Source: a virus (taxonomy: Duplodnaviria > Caudoviricetes). Taken from it: 64,000 nucleotides of DNA. A program made the position numbers and the translations under genes. The DNA lies in the IMG/VR virus record IMGVR_UViG_3300020049_010822, positions 35,852 to 99,851 of that record; one strand, written 5' to 3'. A model generated the notes under the pieces. It had not been told where the DNA came from. It was given only the letters and a program-made list of their open reading frames with translations, and ran no database searches. This document shows positions 24,548 to 36,099 of this stretch, in pieces. How positions within the stretch are numbered: the first letter of the stretch is position 1; the number at the start of each line of letters is the position of its first letter.

Positions 24548-26479
24548 TTATTGTGTTAATTCTTCATTCTCTAAATCTGCTTTCCGCTTATGGGGCATCC
24601 AACTATTTACTTCTTCCCAAGGTAAAAGCATTCTTTCCATCTCTGAAGTGGTGGCAGCGCCTCCCCCTACAGTAAAGGGATCTCCATAATCAGTAAGTTG
24701 TGTACCATTTTGTCCTTGTTTCACAGGATAATAAACTATGTGCATTCTACCATCTACATATTCTTTTCTTCCCTTAGCATAAGTTACTCCACCGGTTTTA
24801 TTATTTCTAACGGGAAATACTTCACCTTCATCCATTGCTGGATCTTGGATAAATCTAAAGGCTTTGTTAAGCACTTCATCTTGATAGTTCTTAACGTCTA
24901 CCCTGTTAGGAGCTACAAAATAATAATCTCCTTTACCATATGGATCTGGCATTACTACAGATCCTGAAGGAACATGTCCTGTATGACCTCTAGCTCTACC
25001 CAAAGCACCATAGTCAGCTTTTAAAGGATTCTTTTCATTAGCTAGTTTATTAGCAAAAGATATTCGGTCCTCAGCATCTATTACTTTTTCTATTTTGCCC
25101 GTTTCATTATTCTTCTTATATATCTCATAAGTTCCTTGTAATAATCCAGGCATTAATCTATTAGCTTCTTCTTGTTGAACTGGAGTAGTGTTATAAGCAT
25201 CATAATCTATCCTACCGTATTCTCTTACTCCTGAATCTTTAGATGTTACCTCATTATACTTACGAATAATATCTGAATCTGCCATATTAGGGTTAGCTTT
25301 CTTTATGGATTCTAACCTATCATAGTTATAATTAGGATTAGTTCTATTTGCTAACAAAGCAGAAACATTAGTTGGTACTTTTTTAGATGTTAATCCTAAA
25401 GCTTGTGTTATACCTAGTGGGTCAAAAGCGGGCATCGGAGCATCAATAGCTTCTGGTATAGGAGAGAATTTACTATTTGCATCTCCAGCTACCGTAAGAT
25501 ACGAAGACTGGCCTCCATTTGTAGTTCCAGCGTTATCTAATTCGTCTTTAAACTTGACTCTCTTCAAAGCATCTTGATGGCGCTTTTCAGCTAAAGACCA
25601 TTGTTGTTTAAACTCATAATCAGATTTTGTTTTCCAATCTAATTTGTAATCTAGTTCCTGAGAGTCTTCTAAAATTCCAGTACGAGTAGGTATCACAAAA
25701 TCTTTGTAATCTTGTATTTGATCGGCGAACATCTTTCCAGGATCTTCTCCATACAATTCGGCCATTTGATATACATACCCTCTAAGAGCGTCGTTGTTAT
25801 AGGCAGCAGCCTCAAAAGCGGACGCAACTTCGTTAGGATCAATATATTGTTTTTTGGTAGTAATGGATTCTATCTCTCCATTAATTATACGCCCAGTTCT
25901 TTGGGCTCTCTCTATTGTTCTTGGTTTTATTTTAGCTAATACATCTTCAAACTCTTTATGAAAATCTTGATACTTTGCTAAATCTAAAGGCCTTATTTGA
26001 GAATAAATTCCTGTAGCAGGATCTAATTTAGTAGGTCCTTGTTTTTGATAGAAACCTTCCAAACCTGAAATTTGCTGTTGTGTAACTTCTCCTTTAGCTA
26101 GACGCTCTCTTTCCCTTTTAAGAGAATCTTGTTGTAAAGCAAAATTGTTTTGTATGGCAGCAGCCTCTCCTCCCGGCCCGTACAACTTAGCCATATCAGC
26201 TTGAAGTTTATAAAGATCCTTTCCCGCTTGAGAATAGTCTCCATTATATTTAGAAGCTACCTGATCTATTCGAGATTCAAACTGACTCTGTAATTCATTA
26301 GCTCTGGCCCTATCCTGTACACGAGCTTGGATGTATTTATTCTTCATCCCCTGTGCAGTAGCAAAATTAACATCATACTGCTTCTGCGCTTGCTCTAAAG
26401 CTGCCCCAATAAATTGTACTGGAGGAGCATAAAGTTCTGGCCTATATTCAGACCCTCTATAGAAACGATTAACCGGCAT
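24548..26479 (-). CDS. virion cargo/ejection protein
   Basis: 643 aa, position directly upstream of the giant RNAP gene, coiled-coil-like N-terminus. Confidence 0.6.
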   Translation of the reverse strand: MPVNRFYRGSEYRPELYAPPVQFIGAALEQAQKQYDVNFATAQGMKNKYIQARVQDRARANELQSQFESRIDQVASKYNGDYSQAGKDLYKLQADMAKLYGPGGEAAAIQNNFALQQDSLKRERERLAKGEVTQQQISGLEGFYQKQGPTKLDPATGIYSQIRPLDLAKYQDFHKEFEDVLAKIKPRTIERAQRTGRIINGEIESITTKKQYIDPNEVASAFEAAAYNNDALRGYVYQMAELYGEDPGKMFADQIQDYKDFVIPTRTGILEDSQELDYKLDWKTKSDYEFKQQWSLAEKRHQDALKRVKFKDELDNAGTTNGGQSSYLTVAGDANSKFSPIPEAIDAPMPAFDPLGITQALGLTSKKVPTNVSALLANRTNPNYNYDRLESIKKANPNMADSDIIRKYNEVTSKDSGVREYGRIDYDAYNTTPVQQEEANRLMPGLLQGTYEIYKKNNETGKIEKVIDAEDRISFANKLANEKNPLKADYGALGRARGHTGHVPSGSVVMPDPYGKGDYYFVAPNRVDVKNYQDEVLNKAFRFIQDPAMDEGEVFPVRNNKTGGVTYAKGRKEYVDGRMHIVYYPVKQGQNGTQLTDYGDPFTVGGGAATTSEMERMLLPWEEVNSWMPHKRKADLENEELTQ

Positions 26480-29400
26480 TTGTTGATTTTGTTTTTTGTT
26501 GTTCGGCCATTATTCTAGCGTATACATCTGGATACATTTTCTGTAATACTGCTAGTGAGTCATAGGCGATTTTCTTTTCATTTAATCCTTTACCAAAGTT
26601 ACCTAAACTATTGGACGCTACGTCTACAGCTTCTTTATAAGCAGCTCTATTTCTAGCATTAATATCATTAGTACCTACAGTTTGTCCTATATTATATCTA
26701 CGTTGATCCGATTGTCTTGCTTCCTGTTGTGTTCTAGCAGATTGATTCATCTGATTGTACTTAGTTAGGATATCAGAATCTTGATTCAATTTACCTACAT
26801 ACAGATTATTTAGGAAAGATCTGTTTTGATTTATAGAAGAGTTTTGTAAAGTATTAAGTCCTTGTTGGAAATTTCTGTTAGCTTGGTATAAAGGATTAGA
26901 AGGATCGAAATTCTCTTTAGTTATATTTGTAGTATCGTAATAAGGTTTTTCTACTTCTGCTCCTCCTGCCAACTGTCCAAACTTAGAAGCTACTGTTAGT
27001 GCTTGTAATCCATCTCCAATAGTAAATTGAGATCCCAAACCTGCAAGAGGACTCGTAACTGAATTAGTGCTATTTTGTCCAAAGGTAGCGGCACTAGCAA
27101 TATTAGGTAAAGCTCTTGCTGGAGCAGTAGATGTTACTGGTTGTGTAACTGGACCAGTTCCTACTCCAGAATCAAATTCTCCTCTGTAAAGAGGTAAATC
27201 GCCAGCATTAGCAGAAGCTAACATTTGTTCATATGTAGATATATCATTAGCTATTTCACCAGGAGCAGGTGGAGGAGCTGTAGGATTTGTTTTAGAAGCT
27301 TTGGCAGCACCCGGACCCCTTCTTTTATTAATGGCAACAGGTGAAATAACTGGTGCAGGAGCAATAGGAGGAGCTACCACTGGACGAGGGAAAGCTCCTA
27401 AACTTGGATCTTCTGGTGTGTTAGTTAACACATTAGATGGAGTCTCTAATCTTGGCCCAGGAGCTCCTGAGCTTTCTATTTTCGGAGAACTCATAAATCT
27501 TAAATGTTCATCCACATTGTAAGATCTATTATTGGTTAAATCTCTGATGTTAGATCCGTTTACTTCAAATTGGCCTGCGTTAGGTTGTACTCCTACGTAT
27601 TCACCTTTTGAATTTCTTACAGTAAATTTCTTAGAATACGGGTCGTAAAACAACCCATCTCTACCTAAATCTATGGCCGCTTGCCCTGCTCCCAATCTTG
27701 AACCTATAAAAGTATCTGGACCTATCGGTCTACGCCTTTTTCCTGTTGCTGGATTAAAAGGATTAGTGATATCCAACCATTGAGTTGGAGATATATTAGC
27801 AATAGGTAATTTGTTATTATTTGTTTCCCCAATAAAAGTATAAGGAGGATCTGTAGGGTCATCTGCATACCCTCCATAAGCAAAATCTCTAGTAGGTTTT
27901 CTTAACCCTTTAGCTGTAGCTATAGTTTCTTGAAGTGTAGCCAAAGACTGCATAGCGGATTCATTCATCTTTATAGTGTTTTTAGCTGATTCATCCTGAG
28001 GATTGGTCATCAGTTTTTTCTGAGCTTTACCTGTGGAGTTCTCAATCTTAGCAGCCTCAAATGAAAATGGTTTACCGTTAGGGGCTTTAAGCTTAGTAGA
28101 ATAAACAAAGTTTTTCTTAACCACTTCATTATGATCTAAATTAGCATTTAACTCTGGATAAGAATTACCATCTGTAACATTGGGGGCTCCTTTTACTTGG
28201 AATGCACTATTGGATAACATTTCATCTGGCATCTGTCCTCCAGACGCATATCCTATTCTAGTGCCATAAGATGAAGGGGTTTTAGGTGCGAAGGATCTAC
28301 CTCCTGTTCTACCCACAGTGTTTTTAACGGTGTTGCCTAAGAAGTTAACTTGTTCTGGAAGATTAAGTTTACTCACACCTTGAGATAACATATTACTAGT
28401 AACTTCAGCTCCAACAGTAGCCGCTCCTCTAGTAGCCATAGCAGTTCCTATTCCCGTAGCTTCTGGTACCATCATAGCTAATCCTAGCATTTCAAGTCCT
28501 CCCGCATAATTCATGGGGGAATCGGGGAAGTTATTAGGAGTATAATCTGAAGTTTGATATTTAACCAATCGTTCCCCCATTGGAAATTCAGGTGTGGGGG
28601 ATTCAACTTTCTTATCATTAGTAGGTTTAGAGCGTTCTCTATACATTAGAGCTGTTCTAGTTTGGTCGCCTACAATTCCATCTTCTTTAATTTTCTTCCC
28701 GCCCTTGCCTATAAGTTCTGATTTTTTAGAATCTTTAGCATAAGACATGGCATACTCGGCTTCTTTATTAAAATTCTTTTGATAAGCCTTTACTGCAGCT
28801 TCTGTTTGAGGACCATAAATACCATCAGTATTTCCTTTATAGTACCCTTGGTTTCTAAGAAACTGTTGTAACTGAGTTATCTCTCCAGGAGCTTCTTCCC
28901 TCATTCCTCTACGTAGTGTTTTTCTTCCAGAAGAGTCCGAGCCTTTAGCCTTATCCTTAGAATACATGGTGTATTCGCTTTGTGCTGTAGTAGGTACTAA
29001 AGGTCCTCCAGAATCCCTTTCTCTGAACCTATCTCTCGATTTAGATTTAGATGATCCTCCCACGGCTTCATTTATCATTAATGGTTTTACATATCCAGGT
29101 AGTTGAACTGGAGTAGGCATAAGACCAGGTATCATCAATTGATCCATCACGTTGATTTGTGGAGTTGGAGCTACCCCCATATTAGGCAAATAGTGAGAAG
29201 GTCTAGATCCTCGGCTAACCAATACGGGAGTTGGTTGGATAGGACCACCTTGTTGATAATTACCGGGTGTAGCCGAAGCTACGTAAGCACTTCTGCCCTT
29301 CTTATCTTTAGAAGCTTTAATTAATTCTGGAATCATCCCAACCAATCCCGATGTATAAGCTTTAGACCAGTCTGCTTTGTAAGCAGGGCCATTGGGATTA

Positions 29401-29510
29401 AATTCATACTGAGCAGCATTAACAAAATCTCCCGAAAGCTTAGTAGCGTAATCCATTAACATGGAGATTTCACCACCGGAAAAATAATTCTTTTTTCTTT
29501 GTTTTTTCAT
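26469..29510 (-). CDS. cargo protein with peptidoglycan-binding domain and repeated xxGG motifs
   Basis: LQQFLRNQGYYKGNTDGIYGPQTEAAVKAYQK and DGIVGDQT (PG_binding_1 signature); NYFSGG, NYQQGG, RDSGG, GYASGG, FAYGG. Confidence 0.7.
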   Translation of the reverse strand: MKKQRKKNYFSGGEISMLMDYATKLSGDFVNAAQYEFNPNGPAYKADWSKAYTSGLVGMIPELIKASKDKKGRSAYVASATPGNYQQGGPIQPTPVLVSRGSRPSHYLPNMGVAPTPQINVMDQLMIPGLMPTPVQLPGYVKPLMINEAVGGSSKSKSRDRFRERDSGGPLVPTTAQSEYTMYSKDKAKGSDSSGRKTLRRGMREEAPGEITQLQQFLRNQGYYKGNTDGIYGPQTEAAVKAYQKNFNKEAEYAMSYAKDSKKSELIGKGGKKIKEDGIVGDQTRTALMYRERSKPTNDKKVESPTPEFPMGERLVKYQTSDYTPNNFPDSPMNYAGGLEMLGLAMMVPEATGIGTAMATRGAATVGAEVTSNMLSQGVSKLNLPEQVNFLGNTVKNTVGRTGGRSFAPKTPSSYGTRIGYASGGQMPDEMLSNSAFQVKGAPNVTDGNSYPELNANLDHNEVVKKNFVYSTKLKAPNGKPFSFEAAKIENSTGKAQKKLMTNPQDESAKNTIKMNESAMQSLATLQETIATAKGLRKPTRDFAYGGYADDPTDPPYTFIGETNNNKLPIANISPTQWLDITNPFNPATGKRRRPIGPDTFIGSRLGAGQAAIDLGRDGLFYDPYSKKFTVRNSKGEYVGVQPNAGQFEVNGSNIRDLTNNRSYNVDEHLRFMSSPKIESSGAPGPRLETPSNVLTNTPEDPSLGAFPRPVVAPPIAPAPVISPVAINKRRGPGAAKASKTNPTAPPPAPGEIANDISTYEQMLASANAGDLPLYRGEFDSGVGTGPVTQPVTSTAPARALPNIASAATFGQNSTNSVTSPLAGLGSQFTIGDGLQALTVASKFGQLAGGAEVEKPYYDTTNITKENFDPSNPLYQANRNFQQGLNTLQNSSINQNRSFLNNLYVGKLNQDSDILTKYNQMNQSARTQQEARQSDQRRYNIGQTVGTNDINARNRAAYKEAVDVASNSLGNFGKGLNEKKIAYDSLAVLQKMYPDVYARIMAEQQKTKSTNAG

Positions 29511-32500
29511 TATCGGTTTTTGTTTTGATGGGTGTTAGTGGACAAATCCGTTACTAACTTAAAGTCTTCGTTTTCAGGCAAATTTAAAATCATCCTTGCT
29601 CCTAGATAATGGTCTTTTAATCTTGAAGTTTCAAATAGAGATTTATCGTAATTTACATTGAGTATGTTGGGCTCTTTGTCTATAAAGAAATACGGATTAG
29701 AAGCCTTAGCATTCCATGAATAATCCCATATTGATTCAGAGGAATCAATTGTTAGATCTCGTAAGTTATTTAATCTCCACTGAGAATCAGTTAGCTTTAT
29801 CAAAGATAGATTAGAGATGTTATCGGATTGGTAGGGTGTATCCTTTATAACGAGATCCTGATATCCAGTTGTTTGATTTGTGTTATAACCAATAAATCCT
29901 GTATATGTTTTAGGCACTACTTTCCAGGTTTTGTTATTTAAATCTGAAACATAAGCCTTCGTATTAAATGTAATAGAAGAAGCGGTCTTTTGTTCTAGTG
30001 GATTTTGAGGGAATACCATATCTACAATGTGTGGATATTTAATCCCATAGAACATTTGATGACCTGCTTGATTATGCTTATAGATCAGTCCATCATTATT
30101 TTTAGTACTAAAGAAAGTACTAGACGTATTGAATATATACTTAGGTAGATATGAGTGAAAAGATACCCAGTGCTTTGTTAAAAAAGAATAAGACAGCGTG
30201 AAGGATAAGTTCTCAAAGAAATCTATAGATTCAAAATCAATTAGCTCATATCCAGAGCTTGTGTTGTAATAGAAATTAAATCCGTTAAATCATACATTAT
30301 CAACAGTGGTATGTCCTGTAGCTGGATCATCAGTTGCTTGTGGGAAATATACAAATTTAGTCTCTCATTGAGGCAAAAGTTTGAAATCTCTCTTGTGTAC
30401 TAGTATCCGCTTAAACCTAGGATCATATGATGATATATACCCAACACCAGAAGTAGATGAGGTAGATTTAAATGGGAAAGCCGTGGAAGTTAAATTGAAG
30501 AATTGGTTAATGAACTGCACTTCTCCGTTCTCTTGCCAGAATGTTCTAAGTCCTGAAAGGGAAGTGTCCTCTAAATTATCAGTTAAAAAGAGCGGTCTTT
30601 TAGAGAGGGAATCTACAAAGAAAGTACCGTACTCTGTATTAACACGAGATTTGAAGTACTGCTGTCCACCAAAGGCATATGCTGTATTCTTAAGCTCTCT
30701 GGGAGGAACAGACAAGACTTGTCCAGTACCTATATACACATCATTTACATCTGTTTGAAATACTTGAGCATTTACTGGAAGTATATATGTGGAGTTGGTA
30801 GTGGTAGCGTAGATGTTATCAAAGTTAACAAACAAATCTGTAATTGGTCCAGAAAGACCATTCAGATCTTTATAATTGTTTGGGAGAACGATTCTAGATT
30901 TATCTTCTAGTGTTTCTTGAGTATCTTGCTCTGAATAGTAAATACGATAAGGATGATCGTTTACACAGAGATTACAATACTGATAGGCAAAAGGGAGTGG
31001 ATAATTTATCTCTATACCGTCTAAGAAAGAGAAAGAGTTATTGTAGTTATAAACCTCAGGATATAATCCTACAACAGCCTCATCTATCTCGTATTTCTTT
31101 CTATCTAGATATTGAGAGAATAACAGATGATCTTTAACTGTTCCTGCTTGTCGATATTTAAAGTACTCATACTTAGCTTCAGTGGCAGAACCGTGGCGAA
31201 ACTCATAGTTTACCCATGAATCTTGAGAAGGAAATGAGAAGTAAACTGCGTTAGTTTCTAAAGTTATAGATGCTGGAGAAACTCCTGTTTGTTTATAATC
31301 AAACTCTACAAAGGAAACTCTATTTAAAGCTGTGTCTCCTCCATACCTAGTAAACTTCTGACTTAAGGAAGTTGCTACATCTGTACAGTTATTCATCCTT
31401 TTATACTGGATGGAGAATAGATCTGTGAATACTTTTCTAGTCTGGCGAATAGATCCGTAGTAGGCTTTACCTTCCCAGTTACCTCCATTGTTTACTATCG
31501 AATTAGATAAGGTTCTATTAAGATGTAAAAACTGATAGGAATGGTTTACGCTTTGATTTACCAATTCCTTGTTGGAAATAGGCTCATAAGACTCAGTACC
31601 AGTAAGAGCTCCTGAGTATGTCTTATCTACTTTGATAGAAGACATTATAGTGGCTATAATCTCGTTCTTTTCTGGGATAGCGTATTTAGTGAAATATCTA
31701 ATAGTGGTGTTATTAGTAGAAGCTACATTACCGCCAGAAGGTTCATCTGTAATTATCGTAGAAGTATTAGATTGTTGTATACCAGGCAACCCATCAGTTT
31801 CGTAAGTGACGTCTCTAAGAACTTTTTCTATCTTAACATAGTCTCCGGTAACAAACTTTTCAGTTAACAGGGTTTCAGCTGAAACGAATAGGTAGTTAAA
31901 ATCAGATAAAGCTACACCAGGTAATACCGGTACCGAATAATTTTTAGGTAAGAAATCTTCAGTGTCAAAAAAGTAAGTAGAGAGGGGGATAAATACTCCT
32001 TTAGCCTGTACTGTTTTGTTATAAGATCTATCTCCATAAACAAAGTAGTGTCCTACAATGTCTTGATCTGGCGGATATTCTACATTTGAAAATTGAAAAG
32101 CTGTTCTATGATTTTCATTTAAAGAAGCTGTATCTTTGAATTCGGCTCCAGGCATGCGGTGATGACGTATCTTTGTAGTTCCAGGAACTATCAAATTACC
32201 CTCAAAGTCTCTGCCCCAATATCCATCAGTAATATTTTCACAGGTTTCTATCATAGGATATGTTTCTGTATCACATTCATAGAATCCCATACGTCCTTCT
32301 AGAGGAGCAGCGGACGTGTAAGAATAGGCAGTGGAGATTGATTTCCATCTGTTGGGCACCGCCACTCCAGGTATGAACCCTCCATATGCTTCTAATCCTG
32401 TATCCCAAGCAGCGCCTCCTGATGTTGGAACACCGCCTGTCCCTATTAAAGGATTAAAAGCTGTAGCTTCTACCGAGGTGTCCGCAGCCCGACCTGGAAT

Positions 32501-33757
32501 ATGAAAAACTGGAGAAGTTCTTCCGTTAGAGAATATGTACACAATGCCTGCTGCATATATCTCATCTTCCATGAAGGAACCTTCTAAGAAATAATAATTG
32601 GGCTTTCTTGGCGTACCGCTTATAGAAGTAGTAACCGAAGTCTTTGCCCATTCAGTTTTAATCTTAGAAGCGTATTGTTGATATTTGGAGTAATCTCTAT
32701 ATTCATAAGAAATGCCTGCTGGAAATACTCGATCGTTCTTAATTGCTTGAGCAGCCACTTTATCTATAGGTTGTCTACCTATAAGAATTTCTTCTATAGT
32801 CCCTTCTCTTTCTACAGCGGACGGATCCCCATTATAAATAAAAGGAGCTAGTAGCCCATTACCTACAAAGAATCCTTGGAAGGGTTTTGGTTTTAATATC
32901 TCAACCCCTGTAAAAGCTCCAGAATCCGATGTTCTTTTTATTACGGCTACTTGATATAAAGGAAAAACATCCTCTTCACCTATCACTCCTAAAGATATAG
33001 CTTTGTCTGTTTTAGGTACAAAATACGGTGATGTTTCTGTATTGGAACCTCCATCATATAAATTAATTAACCCAGTATTAAAAAGATCTGCAGTGGGTTC
33101 ATCTGCAATTGCAAAGCCTCTAGTAATTATTGTCCACTCTGTAGTATTATATTCGGAGTCTAAAAATCTAACCGCAAAGTAATAGACACCTATTTCTAAA
33201 TTACCGCCAGCATTGTCTTCAACTCCAGAGTTTTGAACTCCACGATAAGCTACTATACAAGGCTTAAAGTATTCTTTTGTATAAAGTAATTTGGAGCATT
33301 GTAAAGCTCCGGAATCTGGATGTAGTACATTAGATAAATTATCTATATTAAGCACTCGATATTTATTGTAGTTGTCTGTAAAGTATACTACTCTATCGCA
33401 TCCATTTCTAATTTTAACTATGGCGTTAATGGGATATTTATCGGAAAAGTTCAGACAGCTACCGTGTATTAATTGAGTATAGCCACAATTGTTAGGATTA
33501 AAAAGACCTATTTCATGATCTCCTGCTGGATCATAATAAAATAATATTGTTTCGTCTGTGTCTGTAAGAGTTGATCCTATAATAGTCTTACCAGCAGGAG
33601 TATTGTTTGAACAAACGTTATTCGCAAGTTCATTTGCTATTGAAGGGGATTGTCCTATTTCATTCTCAAGGACAGCGTTAAGGGCGAATCTGTACGTACC
33701 TTCTTCCTGATATTTAGGTAAGATATCTTGATTCATCCCCTTAGTAAAATTATTCAT
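29510..33757 (-). CDS. tail stabilisation / muzzle protein (~1415 aa); TGA=Trp at 30365-30367 and 30290-30292
   Basis: MNNFTKGMNQD N-terminus; frame continues through two TGAs to FTLSYSFLTKHWVSFHSYLP and into track ORF 29510..30055. Confidence 0.85.
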
Positions 33758-33763
33758 AGGCGA

Positions 33764-34483
33764 TTAAAATGAAATATCTTCCCTAGAATTTAATTCTTGG
33801 AAGAAAGATTGAAATTGATTAGTTCTAGGCACTAGTCTATTCCAGTTATTTTTTATAGATTCTAGTTGATTTATATCTGGAAGATTAGCATTGAGTGCTT
33901 TTTTAGATAAAGTGTTCCACATGCTTAAATGAAAAGCCATTCTTTGAGAGGCTCCTTCTTCTTTCATTAGGTCTTTTTGCATCCAGTATCTATAAAAAAC
34001 ATAATGTATGAGCGCTTCTTTTACGTTCTCATCGTCTATAATCATGGGCACTCCATCTTCATCTTCTGGATAAGTTAAGTAAGACAACAGTAACTTTCCT
34101 TCTTTTATATTCGTAGTTAATACGCCGCTAGAACTAATTGAGTATTCATACTTACAATTGGTACAAGTAGCAAAACAACTTTCTAGACAGATAGAATTAT
34201 GAAAAGAATTTGAAGTTATTTTCAAAGGTATTAACTTATCGTATGAAAAAGTGTCTTTGTCTGATATATAACCTACTTGTACTATGTATTTTAAACTAGT
34301 AGGTAAAGTTACTTTGTGATTGAATATCTCCAGTTCAGCAACCTTTTGCTCTAGTTTTGATTCTAAATTCATTTGTCTGTAAGCTCTTGAAGCATGCTCT
34401 AGAACTGCGGTTTCGTTTCAGTAACGATCATCGAGTACTAATGCTATTTGAGCTAAAACAGATTTAATCGAAATATGCTTCAT
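33764..34483 (-). CDS. tail ring/tubular protein (239 aa); TGA=Trp at 34418-34420
   Basis: ATG at 34483 (MKHISIKSVL) is in frame with the track ORF via one TGA; LSYLTYPEDEDGVPMI motif of crAss ring proteins. Confidence 0.75.
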
Positions 34484-34904
34484 AACTGAAGTATTTTTTT
34501 ATGTAGTTTTGGTGTTTGATTAATTGGGCTAGTTTGCGAGCGGGATCTCTAGCTACTCTAAATCTGTAGACTGTTCCTGTTATAGGACTGTTTATAGCTT
34601 GTCTAAATCGAACTTGAGCTACTAATTCATCTGCATGTAGATTAGCCATATTTCTTTTCTCCCCCGTTAATTTAAAATGTTGATAGTCAAATTGCTTATA
34701 ACTTGGAAAAGTAAACACTCCTAAATATCCAAAAGCTGTTCCTAATTTATAAACCTTTCCGGTTTCTATCATAGAGTTAAGAAGTAAGTTATTGAACATT
34801 TTTAAGATTATGCGGAAAGAATCTTTGCTAATCTTATCTTTTTGAGGAAACGTTTCATATAGATTAACGAAGTTCCACAGATACTTGGGAGTCTTTCGCG
34901 TCAT
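34464..34904 (-). CDS. IHF/HU-like protein of the crAss tail module
   Basis: Basic; SMIETGKVYKLGTAFGYLGV resembles the HU/IHF fold; syntenic position between ring genes. Confidence 0.55.
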   Translation of the reverse strand: MTRKTPKYLWNFVNLYETFPQKDKISKDSFRIILKMFNNLLLNSMIETGKVYKLGTAFGYLGVFTFPSYKQFDYQHFKLTGEKRNMANLHADELVAQVRFRQAINSPITGTVYRFRVARDPARKLAQLIKHQNYIKKYFSYEAYFD

Positions 34905-35553
34905 TTTCAGAATCTTTAAATGGTAGCCTTATAGAGTAAGAAAGTAAATCCAGAACTTTCTTGTAAGCTGGTTCAATTAAATCGGGATCAATAGGGTATT
35001 CTGTGTCCATATAATCAGGACAAGTATCAGTATTTGTAGTGCTACAATTTAATTGTTCAATCTCGATAGGATTGTCAAAAAGACAATTAAGAAGAACAAT
35101 CTCTAAATCTGTATTGCTTTGTACAAACAAATGATTATCATGAATAAACCATGAAGGTTTTGAGGGATTATTAGTGATTGTGTACTGACTGTAGTAATTA
35201 GAAGTAGTAGATCCTTTTGAAAGAACTTCTCCATTTAAAGTCATTACTTTAGCAAAGTCTCCCCATCTAGCATTTAAAAACTTAGGTAAAGGGGATATTG
35301 ATTTTAATACTTTACAAGTAGCATTAGGATAATCACAGCAATTATGAAATGATCCTAATTGAAGTGGAACGCAAAGAGATTGAAATCCTTGTTCAGAGAT
35401 ATAATTATATTTATCTGCTTTTTGTTCTGTTAACAATGCTCTTGCCACATTCAGAAAATGCGCAATTAATCTCAAAGAATATTGCGTATCATCAGAAGCA
35501 ATGCCCTTAGAAAGTAAATTTCTAATTGCAAAAACATGATATTTTAGTGTCAT
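34864..35553 (-). CDS. tail ring/tubular protein
   Basis: 229 aa; SDD...SLRLI, LFDNP, EYPID motifs of crAss ring proteins. Confidence 0.7.
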   Translation of the reverse strand: MTLKYHVFAIRNLLSKGIASDDTQYSLRLIAHFLNVARALLTEQKADKYNYISEQGFQSLCVPLQLGSFHNCCDYPNATCKVLKSISPLPKFLNARWGDFAKVMTLNGEVLSKGSTTSNYYSQYTITNNPSKPSWFIHDNHLFVQSNTDLEIVLLNCLFDNPIEIEQLNCSTTNTDTCPDYMDTEYPIDPDLIEPAYKKVLDLLSYSIRLPFKDSENDAKDSQVSVELR

Positions 35554-35596
35554 AAGGTAAATTTAGGTTAAAGATACAAAAATAAATTTATTATTA

Positions 35597-36052
35597 TTAT
35601 ACTTTATTAGTAGATTCTTTATAAGGTAAAATAGAAACAAATACTTTTTCCTGTTTTATTCGCTTCTGTATCAAAGAGAACAACTTATCAAATGTTACTT
35701 TTGATTTCAACACCTTCTTACCGCTTTTTATTCCTGGACAAAGGCACCCGCTAGTATCCGCTTCAGTATTCCCAGGATGTATTCTAATCCCCGCATAACC
35801 TGGAACATCTAGAAGTTCCGGCAAATATTTTTGAAAACGATTAGAGTAAGAAAGTACTACTTGATAAGTACCATAAGGAATAGCAGTTTCATGTTTTACT
35901 TTAACAGATTGTATATATTGTAAGGTATCTGTTTGGTAAAGACCTCGGTCTCTATCTTCAACTACATTAGAAAAAAAAGAACCATCTATAGAGAGATCGC
36001 TGACAGTGCTAGAAGAGTCAGTAATTGGCGGACGTGTAATTGTTATGTTCAT
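35597..36052 (-). CDS. DUF5675-family L,D-peptidase-like protein, candidate endolysin
   Basis: TAIPYGTY...LLDVPGYAGIRIHPGNTEADTSGCL; probable start at ATG 36052 after a terminator hairpin. Confidence 0.75.
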   Translation of the reverse strand: MNITITRPPITDSSSTVSDLSIDGSFFSNVVEDRDRGLYQTDTLQYIQSVKVKHETAIPYGTYQVVLSYSNRFQKYLPELLDVPGYAGIRIHPGNTEADTSGCLCPGIKSGKKVLKSKVTFDKLFSLIQKRIKQEKVFVSILPYKESTNKV

Positions 36053-36055
36053 AGT

Positions 36056-36092
36056 ATAAAAAAAGCCCCCATGCTTATGGGCACAGGGGCTA
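36056..36092 (-). terminator. intrinsic terminator-like hairpin
   Basis: AGCCCC...GGGGCT followed by TTTTTT on the minus strand. Confidence 0.55.
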
Positions 36093-36099
36093 TTGTTTT

